From: an uncultured Eubacteriales bacterium
Lineage (GTDB): Bacteria > Acidobacteriota > Aminicenantia > Aminicenantales > UBA4085
NCBI GenBank assembly: GCA_964557435.1
Contig: CAZLAM010000018.1
Span: forward strand, 23,021 to 87,020
Length of the DNA: 64,000 nt
Direction of reading: 5' to 3'
This document shows positions 8,476-18,417 of this stretch, in pieces; position 1 is the first letter of the stretch, and each line of letters opens with the position of its first letter. The notes under the pieces were generated by a model that saw only the letters and a list, made by a program, of their open reading frames with translations, did no database searches and had not been told where the DNA came from. The translations under genes and the position numbers were made by a program.

Positions 8476-10251
8476 TCAGTCCCGGAAAACGGCGAACTCG
8501 GCCAATCCGGCATTCCGGGTTTCCCGGGACACGGAATCAACGGCGAACACGATCCAGGAGACCTGTTTGGCCGAAAACACGATCTCGCAAGCCGACCCGG
8601 CATCGTTGGGCAATTCCCCGACCTTAAGCGCGCTGCCGTCGCTGAAAAGCAGGACTCCCGACGTGATATGGTCTTTCATGTTCGGCAGGTCGAACAGCCA
8701 GACCCGGCTCACTTTTTGGGGCGCGTCCCAGCCGAGCCGGATCATGGCCGTTCCCAGCTCGCCGCGGCTCACCCAGGCCCGGGAGTTGATCTCGTCCTTG
8801 AGATCGACGAGACCGTCCACGGCCCCCTCTCCGAAGTATTCGAGCAGCTCCGTGAAGGGCTTGTTCTTCCCGTGGACCGAGGAGACATTAACCCGGGCGC
8901 GAAGGGCGATGTTGTTCCCGCTCTTGAGCGGGTCGGCCGGCGCCTTGCCCGCGTCTTCGGTCAGGGCGGCCGCCGTGGCCGCGTCCAGCAGCTTGATTTC
9001 CTGGAGCGTCCAGGCATAGCGGCTCCCGATGGGGGCGGCCACGGTGCGGTTGCCGAAGTAGTTTTTATGGAAGTTGGCTGAATAGCTGAGCCAGGCGGTC
9101 CGGCCGTCGGCACTCACGAATTTGGAGGGGAAAGTCAGGAAATATCCCTGACGCCCGAACCCGGACATGAAAGTAATCAAGCGGTAGGGTCCGGTGAGCT
9201 CATCGGCCTCGAGGAGGTAGGAGTTCATGTCCTCGACTCCGGGCCAGCCATCGGTGACGCACATCAGATATTTCCGGAGCGGCGCGCTATATGTGATCGT
9301 CGTGCAGCCCATCCGGTGGGGCCAGGCCGCCAGCGGTTTGATGGCGCCGAAATCGCGGGACCAAGAGGGATTTCCGTCCCCGCCGGGGCCGGCATAGAAT
9401 TCCCATTTGGCGACATCGTTGATGTTTTCCGGGCTGGGCGTGACGCGGGCCAAATAGGCGGCGTCACCGGCGATCCAGCTGTTGCCGGCGAGGCGCGGTT
9501 TCGGGTCGTTTTCCAAAAAGCCGTGGCCGACGAGGTAAGCCTTCCCGTCCGGGGAGTGCTCCATGTTCTTTCCGAAATCGACGAAGTGGGGCGTGCCCAT
9601 TTTCACCTGCCGGCCGTTCTTCCCGGATTCCGGGAAGAGCGGCTTTTCGGGGGTGAGCGGGCTGGGGATCCAGGTCTTGCCGTAGTCCCTGGATATGCGG
9701 AATCCCGGCACGGGCCCGCAGATCGCCCAGCTGTAAAGATCCCGGTATTCGGGCTTGGAAAGGTCGAAATCGACGGCGTAGGTCCCGTAATACCAGATGC
9801 CGTCATGGACGAGGTTGGCGCTCGGGTAACGTCCGCCGTAGGGAAGGGCCGAAGCCGCTTCCGAGCCCAGGGACGTAACCGTCAGGCGGAGAGGGTCGTC
9901 CCCGACGATCCTGGCATTGCCCGTGCGGGCCTTCGCGCCTCCGCTCGAGTGGCAGACTTCCTCCCCGATCTCGCCGTCCGTCCAGCCGCTGTACATGACG
10001 TCGTCCGACGCCCAGGACGGGTACCAGGTATCGGCGTCGGTGTAGGCAACATAATTGCGGGTAAAAACCACGGCTGTAATGTCCTTCGAGGGCTCGAAAG
10101 GACAGCCTTCGGGGACTTCGGACTTCCATACCTGCGGCGCCCAGGGTCGAGACGTGTAAGGCACGCTCCGTTCCCGGACCGGAGCCGCACTCAGAAGAAA
10201 AACCAGAACGAGCGGGACGGGCATCCAAAAAATCTTTCCGGATGTCATCAT
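8476..10251 (-). CDS. Secreted uncharacterised protein with C-terminal galactose-binding/discoidin-like module
   Basis: Signal peptide. The N-terminal ~430 aa carry no motif I can name (propeller/sialidase-like composition). The C-terminal ~150 aa resemble a discoidin-type binding domain (RAWVSRGELGTAMIRLGWDAPQKVSRVWLFDL). Coding-like composition. Confidence 0.6.
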   Translation of the reverse strand: MMTSGKIFWMPVPLVLVFLLSAAPVRERSVPYTSRPWAPQVWKSEVPEGCPFEPSKDITAVVFTRNYVAYTDADTWYPSWASDDVMYSGWTDGEIGEEVCHSSGGAKARTGNARIVGDDPLRLTVTSLGSEAASALPYGGRYPSANLVHDGIWYYGTYAVDFDLSKPEYRDLYSWAICGPVPGFRISRDYGKTWIPSPLTPEKPLFPESGKNGRQVKMGTPHFVDFGKNMEHSPDGKAYLVGHGFLENDPKPRLAGNSWIAGDAAYLARVTPSPENINDVAKWEFYAGPGGDGNPSWSRDFGAIKPLAAWPHRMGCTTITYSAPLRKYLMCVTDGWPGVEDMNSYLLEADELTGPYRLITFMSGFGRQGYFLTFPSKFVSADGRTAWLSYSANFHKNYFGNRTVAAPIGSRYAWTLQEIKLLDAATAAALTEDAGKAPADPLKSGNNIALRARVNVSSVHGKNKPFTELLEYFGEGAVDGLVDLKDEINSRAWVSRGELGTAMIRLGWDAPQKVSRVWLFDLPNMKDHITSGVLLFSDGSALKVGELPNDAGSACEIVFSAKQVSWIVFAVDSVSRETRNAGLAEFAVFRD

Positions 10252-10330
10252 CTCTCCTTCCTGATTTTCTCAGCGTCGGAGGTAGCGCCGTCCATTCGAA
10301 ACCTTGTCCCGAGACGAGCTCTCGATCCTT

Positions 10331-12787
10331 TTATTTCACCGCCGTCAATGCATAGGGGGCGCCGGGGACCGTTTTAAATTCCACCACGCCGTTTTCAGGC
10401 TTCGTGACGCCGACGGATTTCCCTTTCGAGGTGATTTTCAAGGGTACGGCCGACCGCACCCGGCAGGTGTTGCCGAGCTTGGAGATCAGAGTGGCTTGGC
10501 CGAGCTTCCCGTCCTTCCATTTCAACCCGACCTCGAACCCCCCCCGGGCCAAGAGGCCGGACACGTCGCCCGACGTCCAGGACTCCGGCAGCGCCGGCAG
10601 GAGATTCAGCTCGTTCTCATGCGATTGGAGGAGCATCTCGGCGATCGCCGCGGTGAAGCCGAACGCGCCGTCCACCTGCATGGCCCGCGAGCAAATCGAG
10701 AACAGGCTGGTGGTGGTGTAGTTATGCATCGCGTAAGTGAAATTGTCCATGGCCTTGGCGGCATCGCCCAGCCGGGCCCAGCAGGCCGCTTTCCAGGCCG
10801 AGGCCCAGCCGTTCCCGGACAGTCCGCGCTGCTCCAGAACGACCTTGCTGGGTTCAACAAATTGAGGCGTCCGCCGGGCCGAAATCTGTTTGCCGGGAAA
10901 GAGGCCCCAGAGTCCGGAGACGTGGCGATGGCTCTTCTCGGTCTCATCCCAGTCCTCGATCCACTCCTGGAGATTTCCCTTCCGGCCGATTTGCAGGGGG
11001 GCGAGCTTGGACTTGGCCTCGAGGACCTTCTTTTTCAGGTCGGGATCGACGCCTAAAATGTCCGCGGCCCGGGCCACGGAATCGAAAAGGTCGTTCAGGA
11101 TCTGCATATCGATGGTCGAGCCGGCGCAAATCGAGGCCCCGGTCATGAACATCGTGACCTCGTCGAAGAAGCGGACGGCTGCCGGACCGGCCGGGAAATT
11201 TTCGGGCGAAGTCGATGGATTCGTCACCAGCCAGCCGTATTTCGGGTGGGGGATGAGAAAATCGAGAAAAAACTCCGCGCAGCCCTTAAGGACCGGGTAA
11301 TACTCCTTCAGAAACGCCTTGTCCCCGGTGTAGAGATAATGCTCCCAGAGGTGGGTGGACAGCCAGGCGCCGCCCGTAGTGAACGTGCCCCAGCTGGCCC
11401 CGTCCATCGGCGCAGCCACGCGCCAGAGGTCGGTGTTCTGGTGAAAGACCCAGCCCCGGGCGGCGTAGTTCTCGCGGGCCACCCGGCTCCCCTGGTCGGT
11501 CAGTTCCCGGATCATGTCAAAGAGGGGTTCGGCGCATTCGCTCAGGTTCCCGACCTCGGCCGGCCAGTAGTTCATTTCGGTATTGATGTTGGTCGTGTAC
11601 TTGGCGTCCCACATCGGGTTCTGGTCCTTGTTCCAGATGCCCTGCAGGTTCGCCGGCTGCGTGCCCGGACGGGACGAAGAGATCAGCAGGTAGCGGCCGA
11701 ACTGAAAGACCAGCGCTCCGAGCGCGGGGTCGTTTTTCCCGTCGAAGGCCTTCAGCCGTTCGTCGGTCGGGAGCCCCGAGTTCATCGTCGCGGGCAGGGT
11801 TACGGACACCCGCCGGAACAGCCGCTGGTGCTCCTTGATGTGGGCCGTTTTCAGCGCCTCGTAGGCTTTCCCCTCGGCGCCTTTCATGGCCGCCTCGACG
11901 CGGGCCGCGGGATCGGCGCTCACGTCCTTGTAATTGACGAAGTTCGTGGCCGCGGCGATGAGGAGGGTCACAGCGTCGGCGCCGTCGACAAAAAGTTCAT
12001 CGTCGACAACCTTGACCGTGCCGCCCTCGGCCCTGGCCCGCAGGCGGGCTTGATAGCGGAGCTTGCCTTCGACGCCCATGTAGTCGGCCGACTTGCCGCG
12101 CAAGACAAGGCCGTCGGGCCCGAAACCGTCCATCTGGAAATAGTCCGTGGCATAGTTCGAATGGGCCTGGTTCCGGCTGCCCCGAATCTGCGAGACGAAG
12201 GAGATATTCCCCGGCTTGTCGGCCGTCAGCCGGACGACAATGACCTGGTCGACGGGGCTGGAGAACACTTCGCGGGTATAGCGGACGCCGCCTTGGTCGT
12301 AGCTTGTCGTCGCCACGGCCGTATCGATGTCGAGTTGGTGGCGATAATTCACGGCCGGGTCCGCGGCCGGGAACTTGAGAGCCAGGGTGCCGAGCGCCTG
12401 ATATTTCATCTGCTCGACCGGATAGCCGAGGAGATGCCGGCTGAAGAGAACATAGGCCTTCTTATACTGGCCGTCAAAAACGGCCTTCCTGAGTTCGGGC
12501 AGATAGGCGGAGCCGCCTTTGACCACCGTCGAATAAGGGCCGCCCGACCATAAGGTGTCCTCGTTGAGCATGATCTGTTCCTCGTCGGTCTTGCCCCAGA
12601 CCAGCCCGCCCAGCCTGCCGTTGCCGACGGGAAACGCGTTTTCCCACTTGTCGGCGGGATGGGAATACCAGATAACGCCGGAGGGATTCAGCCCGGCGGG
12701 CTTTTCACCCTGAGCCGGAACCGCGGCCGATGCTCCGGCCGCGACCGCCGCGGCGAGGGCCAAGCTTATCAAGGTCCTTCTCTTCAT
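10331..12787 (-). CDS. GH95-family glycoside hydrolase (alpha-L-fucosidase/alpha-L-galactosidase type)
   Basis: AGGAGG RBS and signal peptide. N-terminal block WENAFPVGNGRLGGLVWG...NEDTLWSGGP and catalytic-domain block LQGIWN...WDAKYTTNINTEMNYWP, both characteristic of GH95. Confidence 0.9.
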   Translation of the reverse strand: MKRRTLISLALAAAVAAGASAAVPAQGEKPAGLNPSGVIWYSHPADKWENAFPVGNGRLGGLVWGKTDEEQIMLNEDTLWSGGPYSTVVKGGSAYLPELRKAVFDGQYKKAYVLFSRHLLGYPVEQMKYQALGTLALKFPAADPAVNYRHQLDIDTAVATTSYDQGGVRYTREVFSSPVDQVIVVRLTADKPGNISFVSQIRGSRNQAHSNYATDYFQMDGFGPDGLVLRGKSADYMGVEGKLRYQARLRARAEGGTVKVVDDELFVDGADAVTLLIAAATNFVNYKDVSADPAARVEAAMKGAEGKAYEALKTAHIKEHQRLFRRVSVTLPATMNSGLPTDERLKAFDGKNDPALGALVFQFGRYLLISSSRPGTQPANLQGIWNKDQNPMWDAKYTTNINTEMNYWPAEVGNLSECAEPLFDMIRELTDQGSRVARENYAARGWVFHQNTDLWRVAAPMDGASWGTFTTGGAWLSTHLWEHYLYTGDKAFLKEYYPVLKGCAEFFLDFLIPHPKYGWLVTNPSTSPENFPAGPAAVRFFDEVTMFMTGASICAGSTIDMQILNDLFDSVARAADILGVDPDLKKKVLEAKSKLAPLQIGRKGNLQEWIEDWDETEKSHRHVSGLWGLFPGKQISARRTPQFVEPSKVVLEQRGLSGNGWASAWKAACWARLGDAAKAMDNFTYAMHNYTTTSLFSICSRAMQVDGAFGFTAAIAEMLLQSHENELNLLPALPESWTSGDVSGLLARGGFEVGLKWKDGKLGQATLISKLGNTCRVRSAVPLKITSKGKSVGVTKPENGVVEFKTVPGAPYALTAVK

Positions 12788-12975
12788 GATTCCTCCTGTC
12801 CAGTTCGATTAATATAATAATGTTCTCAGCGCAACCCGGCCGTCCCGGCCGGCCGCTTCAGGTCGAAGGACAAGAGACGGCCCGCGCCGCCTCCGTCAAT
12901 GTCCCGTCGCAGACCGGAAACTCTCCTGTATCGTGTCCTGATCTCAACGCCCTCGGATATCTGGGGCGAAAACGC

Positions 12976-13638
12976 TCAATATCCCCATCCGACCCCCAAG
13001 AATACGGCCATCTTGATTTGATTGGCCTTCGTTTCGTAGGCGACATTCTCTCCGTTCACCAGGAGCCCGTGAAAGCCGATGTCTCGGTATTCCACGTGAA
13101 CGCCGGCTTCGAATCCTTTCAACAATCCCATCAATTCCAAACCGTAGACTTTCATATCCCCATCGCGCCAGCCATTCCCGGTATTATCCAGGTATTCGAC
13201 ACCGGAAGTCTGTCCGTAATAGAGGAAGGTCGTCAAGGGGCCTTTCTGCAGGAAAAAAAGCGGGTTGATTTTCGCCAGCCATAGTTTTTTAGGCTTGATT
13301 TCCATTTCGATTTCCTCGCCGGGCCCCAGATCCGCGCCGAAATTATGATTGCTTTTGCCTTCCCACCTGTATTCGAACTGGAGGATGTTGCGGATGCCGA
13401 AACGGGCTCCACCCCAGAACGCCCCGCCTCCCATGATTCCATAGGGAGAGATGAGTTTTTCTATTTCGTTCGAAGCCAGGCTTTCGCCGAAGGAGAGGCC
13501 GCCGACGGCATGGATATAAAAAAACTTTGTTGGAGCCGTCCAGAAATCCGCTACTTGGGCGGATAAAGCGAACGGAACCAAAAAGGCGAGGCTGAATATC
13601 GCCCCGCGAAACCTGGATCTGGGTCCGAAGAAATTCAT
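12976..13638 (-). CDS. Small outer-membrane beta-barrel-like protein
   Basis: Signal peptide (…FALSAQ), alternating aromatic/hydrophobic pattern, aromatic C-terminus GVGWGY, GGGAGAAAG RBS region. Confidence 0.55.
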   Translation of the reverse strand: MNFFGPRSRFRGAIFSLAFLVPFALSAQVADFWTAPTKFFYIHAVGGLSFGESLASNEIEKLISPYGIMGGGAFWGGARFGIRNILQFEYRWEGKSNHNFGADLGPGEEIEMEIKPKKLWLAKINPLFFLQKGPLTTFLYYGQTSGVEYLDNTGNGWRDGDMKVYGLELMGLLKGFEAGVHVEYRDIGFHGLLVNGENVAYETKANQIKMAVFLGVGWGY

Positions 13639-13778
13639 ATCTTTCTCCCAAGGAATACGGGTAAAAATCTTCCGAAACAGGATTGGAATCTACCCCAGAA
13701 GCCGTTCACTGTCAACATAAAGGACGCCCCAAGCCAGCGCCCATGGCCTTTCCGGGGGCCGCCATCCGTGGTTAGGAT

Positions 13779-16007
13779 CTATTTGATCTCCTTGAGGGCC
13801 CATTCGGCCGCCGATTTAATGATCCCGGGCGCCTTCATTTTTGCCGCGTCCTGAAGAAAGGGGATAATCGACCGGTCTTCCGTTTTCCCGAGAGCGACGA
13901 GGACCGCCGCCTGCGCTCCGTAGCTGTCGTCCTTGGCGAATTGCCGGGTCAGGAACGGGATGAGCGTCTTGTCCTTGAGGTTCCCGAGCGCCCAAAACGC
14001 CGCGGCCCGGACTTTGGGATTGGGGTCTTCGGTCTTTTCCTTAAGGAGGCCGACCAGCCCGGCCGTCAGGAATCTTCCCGGCTTAAAACCCTCGTTCAAC
14101 CGGGTCCAGGGGATGTTGGTCCGTTCGTCCATATCGACCGCCCCTTCATATCCGCCTAAAGCATAGAGGGCGTCCCGCCGGACCGCCCAGAAGGGGTCGC
14201 TTTTGGCGCTTTGGGCCAAGGCCGGCCCGACATGGGGGTCGTCGGCATGCCGCCCAAGCCGGCCGGCCGCCCACATCCGGCCCAACGCGTCGTCGTGGAC
14301 GAGCTGATAGAGAAGCTCCTCGACCGGCCGTTCAAAGGTCCATTCTTTGAGGAGAAAATCGCCTTCATCAAACCGGACCATGAGCGGCTTTTGGGGACAG
14401 TCAAAGGTGAAGACGCTTTCCCGGTCCGAGATCCAGACCTTCTCCGATTGTCGGCCCGCCGCCGTGACGGCGCCCAGGACGACGGGCGTCTTGAAAATAG
14501 GAACGCCGGCCGACGTGTCCTGGGTCTGAACGATCCGCCAGGTCAGCTTTTTCGTCTCCTCATTCCAATCCGACCGGACATCGAAGATCGGGTGCCCCGG
14601 GCTGAGGAGCCATTGGTCGAAGAACCAATCGAGGTTCTGCCCGGTCGCCTCCTTGATCGCGGTCAGGAAATCGTTCGTGTCCGCCGGCTGGAAGGCGTGC
14701 TTATGGAGGAAGTGCGAAAGCACTTTGAGAAAAGGCTTGTCGCCCAGGATCCAACGCATCATGTGGACGACGGCCGATCCCTTTTGATAAGTATGACGGT
14801 CGAAATTCTGCCCCGGCTCCTCCCAACGGTGAAAAACGATGGGGCGCATGTAGCGGGTGGCGGCCTCGAGAAAATAGCGGTTCTTTTTCCCCAGGAGGTC
14901 GACGGCGGCCTCGTCCGGACCGCCTTCATGCTCGGCGAACTGGACTTCGGAATATGTCCCGAAGCTTTCGTTGATCCAGGTGTGCCCCCAGTCCCGGCAG
15001 GTGACCAGGTCGCCCCACCACTGGTGGGCCGCTTCGTGGGTGATCAGCCAGCGGTGGACGGAAAAGTCCTTCTCGGCCTTGAGATCATGGATTATGCTTT
15101 GAGTCAGCATCGTGGCCGAGGTCGTTTCCGTCCCGCCTCCGCCGGGCACGATAACCTGGTCATATTTGTCCCAGGGAAAATCGTAGCCGTAGGTTTTATT
15201 CAAGAATTTGATGATCTCCGGCGTCCGGTTGAAGGAGTTCATGGCCTCGTTCTTATCTTTCTCGTAATACCAGTAGTTGATCGGAAGCGTCCCCAGCGAA
15301 TCCTCGGTCACGAGATAGGGGCCGGCGATCAGGGCCGAGAGATAGGTGGCGTGGGGCTTTTCCTGGGACCAATGGAATGTTTTCGTTTTCTTGACCGGAT
15401 CTTCGGTCACGCCGATCAGCTTGCCGTTCGAAAGAACGCGGTATCCGCCGGGAACGGTGGCCAGGATCTCCTGCGTCACCTTTCCGTTGGGGTGATCATA
15501 ACAGGGGAACCAATGCCGGGCGCCGTCCGGGAAGGACCGGGCCACAATGAGAGCGGGGTTCGTGGGAGTGGCGTCCACAAAATTGATCCCCTTTTTCCGC
15601 CCCTGCGGGTCGGCCAGGCCTTCGGCGTGATAGAAGACTGTGAACGTGATCCTGTCGCCGAGGCCGTAAGGCCGCGGAAAATCGACGGTCAACCGGCCGT
15701 CGGCCTGCTGGAACGGCAAGGCCGCCCCGTCGCTCAGCGTGACCGCGGAAACGGTGAACGTCCGGGCATCGAGGATGCACGTCCGGAACCCGTCGCGGAA
15801 GGGGCTCACCGTGATCGTGTTCCCGCCCGAGAAGGCCTTGTTCGCGGCGTCGAGATCGAGGGCGATCCGGTAATGCAGGGCCTGGTAATCACGGCTCGGC
15901 TCAGTCCGCAGCGGACGGCTGTAGACATCGACCTTCTGGGCGAAGGAAACCGCCCCGGTTAAAAAAACGCCGGCGATGAGAAAGCCGAGGAAAATTTTAC
16001 GTTTCAT
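13779..16007 (-). CDS. M1-family zinc aminopeptidase with C-terminal HEAT repeats
   Basis: Start moved from ORF-track 16304 to ATG 16007 (GGAGAGG RBS, signal peptide MKRKIFLGFLIAGVFLTGAVSFAQ). Zinc motif HEAAHQWWGD...WINESFGTY (HExxH+E). HEAT-like C-terminus (DPNPKVRAAAFWALGNL). Confidence 0.9.
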   Translation of the reverse strand: MKRKIFLGFLIAGVFLTGAVSFAQKVDVYSRPLRTEPSRDYQALHYRIALDLDAANKAFSGGNTITVSPFRDGFRTCILDARTFTVSAVTLSDGAALPFQQADGRLTVDFPRPYGLGDRITFTVFYHAEGLADPQGRKKGINFVDATPTNPALIVARSFPDGARHWFPCYDHPNGKVTQEILATVPGGYRVLSNGKLIGVTEDPVKKTKTFHWSQEKPHATYLSALIAGPYLVTEDSLGTLPINYWYYEKDKNEAMNSFNRTPEIIKFLNKTYGYDFPWDKYDQVIVPGGGGTETTSATMLTQSIIHDLKAEKDFSVHRWLITHEAAHQWWGDLVTCRDWGHTWINESFGTYSEVQFAEHEGGPDEAAVDLLGKKNRYFLEAATRYMRPIVFHRWEEPGQNFDRHTYQKGSAVVHMMRWILGDKPFLKVLSHFLHKHAFQPADTNDFLTAIKEATGQNLDWFFDQWLLSPGHPIFDVRSDWNEETKKLTWRIVQTQDTSAGVPIFKTPVVLGAVTAAGRQSEKVWISDRESVFTFDCPQKPLMVRFDEGDFLLKEWTFERPVEELLYQLVHDDALGRMWAAGRLGRHADDPHVGPALAQSAKSDPFWAVRRDALYALGGYEGAVDMDERTNIPWTRLNEGFKPGRFLTAGLVGLLKEKTEDPNPKVRAAAFWALGNLKDKTLIPFLTRQFAKDDSYGAQAAVLVALGKTEDRSIIPFLQDAAKMKAPGIIKSAAEWALKEIK

Positions 16008-16182
16008 GCGACGCCTCTCCTTATCCTGATTTAAACGATCCGGCGATTCGGCCGTCCTCCGCCCGATTCGGGCCGGGCGGTCCCGGAACGGTTTCGTTTC
16101 GAGAAAATGAATAGCGCGGCCTCCATATATATTTCCGCCCGGGGATGGTGTCAAGCTGAAAGAATTAAAGTAAAATAAGTAC

Positions 16183-18417
16183 ATGAAAAAATTCTGTTTA
16201 TCCCTGGCCATCCTCGGTGCCGCAACAATTATGTCCTTATCCGGGCAAACCGTGATTGATCCGGAGAAAGGCTTCACGCTGCAAAATGATTTTGCGCAAT
16301 ACAAATTTGAACCTCATGGTCTCGGCCTGTCCGGAATGATAGATCGGAGAACCGGATTCAACCATATACGGGCGGTGGAGGGAAAACACTTGTTGTGGGA
16401 AGTGGTATTCGGCAAAGGAACCATGCGCCCCAGGATCGATAATAATTATAAACCTTGTAGTTATATCAAGCTGTTCAAGCAACCCAACGGCGATCAGATC
16501 GCCGTTCTGGAATGGAATGCCATGAGATTTTGGGAGGAAGACGGCATCGTGACGGTTCAGGTTACCGTTGAACTCCCCAAAACGGATGGCATTGCGAAAT
16601 GGAGAATATTCGTCAAGAATCTTTCCGATTACTGGGGACTGTGGGAGGCGGCCTGCCCCTCCGTCAATGGATTCCCTTCTGAAGGAGCTTACGATGTGGC
16701 CATGCCTGTTACGGGAGCAGGCGGGCATCTGCTGAAAAACTGGAAAGGATCCTTTAAAACCCGTTCCCCTTCCGGATTTTTCCCGATGCAATTCATGGCC
16801 CTTAACGCCGGAAGCAATGGCATCTATTTTTCCAGCATGGACGGAGAATCCCGGGCCAAAGATTTCTCCGTGGATTCCCGAAAGAAAACCTTATCGCTGA
16901 TCCGCTACCCTGAAAACATGGGAGTCACCGGCTCGGGTCTTCCGGATCATTACGCCGCGGCCTTGGGACCTTACCAGGGTGGCTGGCTGGAGGCCGCTCA
17001 CCGCTACAGGCCCTGGGCTCTGCAGCAGATCTGGACCCGGAAAGGGCCTATTTCGCAACGACCTGATTTTCCCAAGTCGGCCGTCAATGTCGGTTTCTGG
17101 ATCCGCGATACCTGGGTCTGGGATCTTCCTCCCGATGTCGACAAAGACACCGGCGATCCCATGACCTGGACGCGTGATGATCGTGATCATCAGGAGATGA
17201 ATCTCCCCTTCCTGAAGGTCATGAAGAAAATGGGCGTGCCCATCGCCTTCCAGTGGTACGGATGGCACGAAACCCTGTTCGACAACAATTACCCCCATTT
17301 TCTTCCTCCCCTGCCGCGGTTTAAAGAACGGGTCAAGGAGCTCGTCGATGCGGGCGCACTGATCGTTCCCTACATCAACGGGTTGAGCGCGGACAGCAAA
17401 ATCGCCGACTGGGACCGTTTCGATCCCTATGCCATCAAAGACGAGCAAGGCGGGCTGCGGCAAAAATTTTACAGGGATGGCGCCGGCCGGCTCACGCCCA
17501 TGTGTCCGAGCCAGGTTCCCTGGCATCACACGATAGCCAATCTGGTCGACACCATCGTCGGGCAGTATGGAGCCAACGGCATCTATATCGATGAAGTTTC
17601 CTGCAATTCCCATGAACTTTGCTTTAATAAAGACCATCTCCATCCTCTGGGCGGCGGCCGCTATTGGGCTGATGGCTGGCGTGATTTCTATCAGAATATT
17701 CTTAATGTCGCTCATCAGAATGGCCGGGACGTCGTGGTCACATCCGAAGCGGCCAACGAGATATTCTTTGACCTGGTCAGCGCGAATTTGTACACCGGAA
17801 GACCCTCCGATTATGAAATTCCATTGCAAGAGGTCGTTTACGCGGGCTACACCCTTTTTTATGGCAGTGTCTGCGATTTCAGAAAGAGCGACCGGCTTTT
17901 CAATTTCTCGGTCGGGCAAGGTTTCATCGACGGGAAACAGATTGGCTGGATGGACTTTGATCTGTTCCGCCGGCCCCAGTTTTCGGCCAAGGTGGATTTC
18001 CTCCGCCGGTGTGCGCAATTAAGAATGGTAACTCAAAAATTTCATACTTTCGGCCGGTTGTGGGAACCTGTCATCCCGATCAATTCCGTCCCGACGTTCG
18101 AAGAGGAATTCGGAGAGGGGGGTCTTCACCAGGGGACCGTCCCGGCCGTGGAAGCCCGGCTATGGCAGGCTGAGGATGGTCACCTGGCCCTGTTCATAGC
18201 CAACTATACGGGCCAAGAAATTCCATTTTCCTACACAATAATTCCCGCTAAATATGGTCTTAAGGCCGACCGCTATGAGGTGACTGAAATCACTCCGGAA
18301 AAAGTTTTGTCGTTAGCCAAAGAAGGCGGGCCGATCAAACGCACGGAGATCATGCCACCCAATCAAGTGAGAGTCCTGGAAATTGCTCCGCTTTCATCCC
18401 GCCAGGGACCTACCTGA
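16183..18417 (+). CDS. Secreted uncharacterised protein (possible glycoside-hydrolase-like); compositionally atypical
   Basis: Signal peptide MKKFCLSLAILGAATIMSLSGQ. Long uninterrupted ORF with visibly lower G+C than its flanks. I can assign no family motif with confidence. Confidence 0.65.
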   Translation: MKKFCLSLAILGAATIMSLSGQTVIDPEKGFTLQNDFAQYKFEPHGLGLSGMIDRRTGFNHIRAVEGKHLLWEVVFGKGTMRPRIDNNYKPCSYIKLFKQPNGDQIAVLEWNAMRFWEEDGIVTVQVTVELPKTDGIAKWRIFVKNLSDYWGLWEAACPSVNGFPSEGAYDVAMPVTGAGGHLLKNWKGSFKTRSPSGFFPMQFMALNAGSNGIYFSSMDGESRAKDFSVDSRKKTLSLIRYPENMGVTGSGLPDHYAAALGPYQGGWLEAAHRYRPWALQQIWTRKGPISQRPDFPKSAVNVGFWIRDTWVWDLPPDVDKDTGDPMTWTRDDRDHQEMNLPFLKVMKKMGVPIAFQWYGWHETLFDNNYPHFLPPLPRFKERVKELVDAGALIVPYINGLSADSKIADWDRFDPYAIKDEQGGLRQKFYRDGAGRLTPMCPSQVPWHHTIANLVDTIVGQYGANGIYIDEVSCNSHELCFNKDHLHPLGGGRYWADGWRDFYQNILNVAHQNGRDVVVTSEAANEIFFDLVSANLYTGRPSDYEIPLQEVVYAGYTLFYGSVCDFRKSDRLFNFSVGQGFIDGKQIGWMDFDLFRRPQFSAKVDFLRRCAQLRMVTQKFHTFGRLWEPVIPINSVPTFEEEFGEGGLHQGTVPAVEARLWQAEDGHLALFIANYTGQEIPFSYTIIPAKYGLKADRYEVTEITPEKVLSLAKEGGPIKRTEIMPPNQVRVLEIAPLSSRQGPT

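Noticed and set aside
10291-10303. Additional weak matches to the R1 core: TCCATTCGAAACC at 10291-10303 and CCCATTTGATTTGCCC...CCCGGGG at 19418-19446.
   Set aside because: Only a ~9-nt exact core, or a gapped match. A 9-mer is expected about 0.5 times by chance in 128 kb of double-stranded search space, so these are not counted as family members.
13779-16304. 5' extensions proposed by the ORF track: 16304 for M1, 2360 for the sulfatase-TPR, 34472 for the beta-helix, 36976 for the amidohydrolase, 47174 for GH78, 48801 for the sulfatase, 54868 for GH2, 61787 for M24, 26636 for GH29.
   Set aside because: The extensions have non-protein-like composition, overlap upstream genes or intergenic repeats, and precede an internal ATG that has a good Shine-Dalgarno sequence followed directly by a signal or Tat peptide. 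The internal starts were used.
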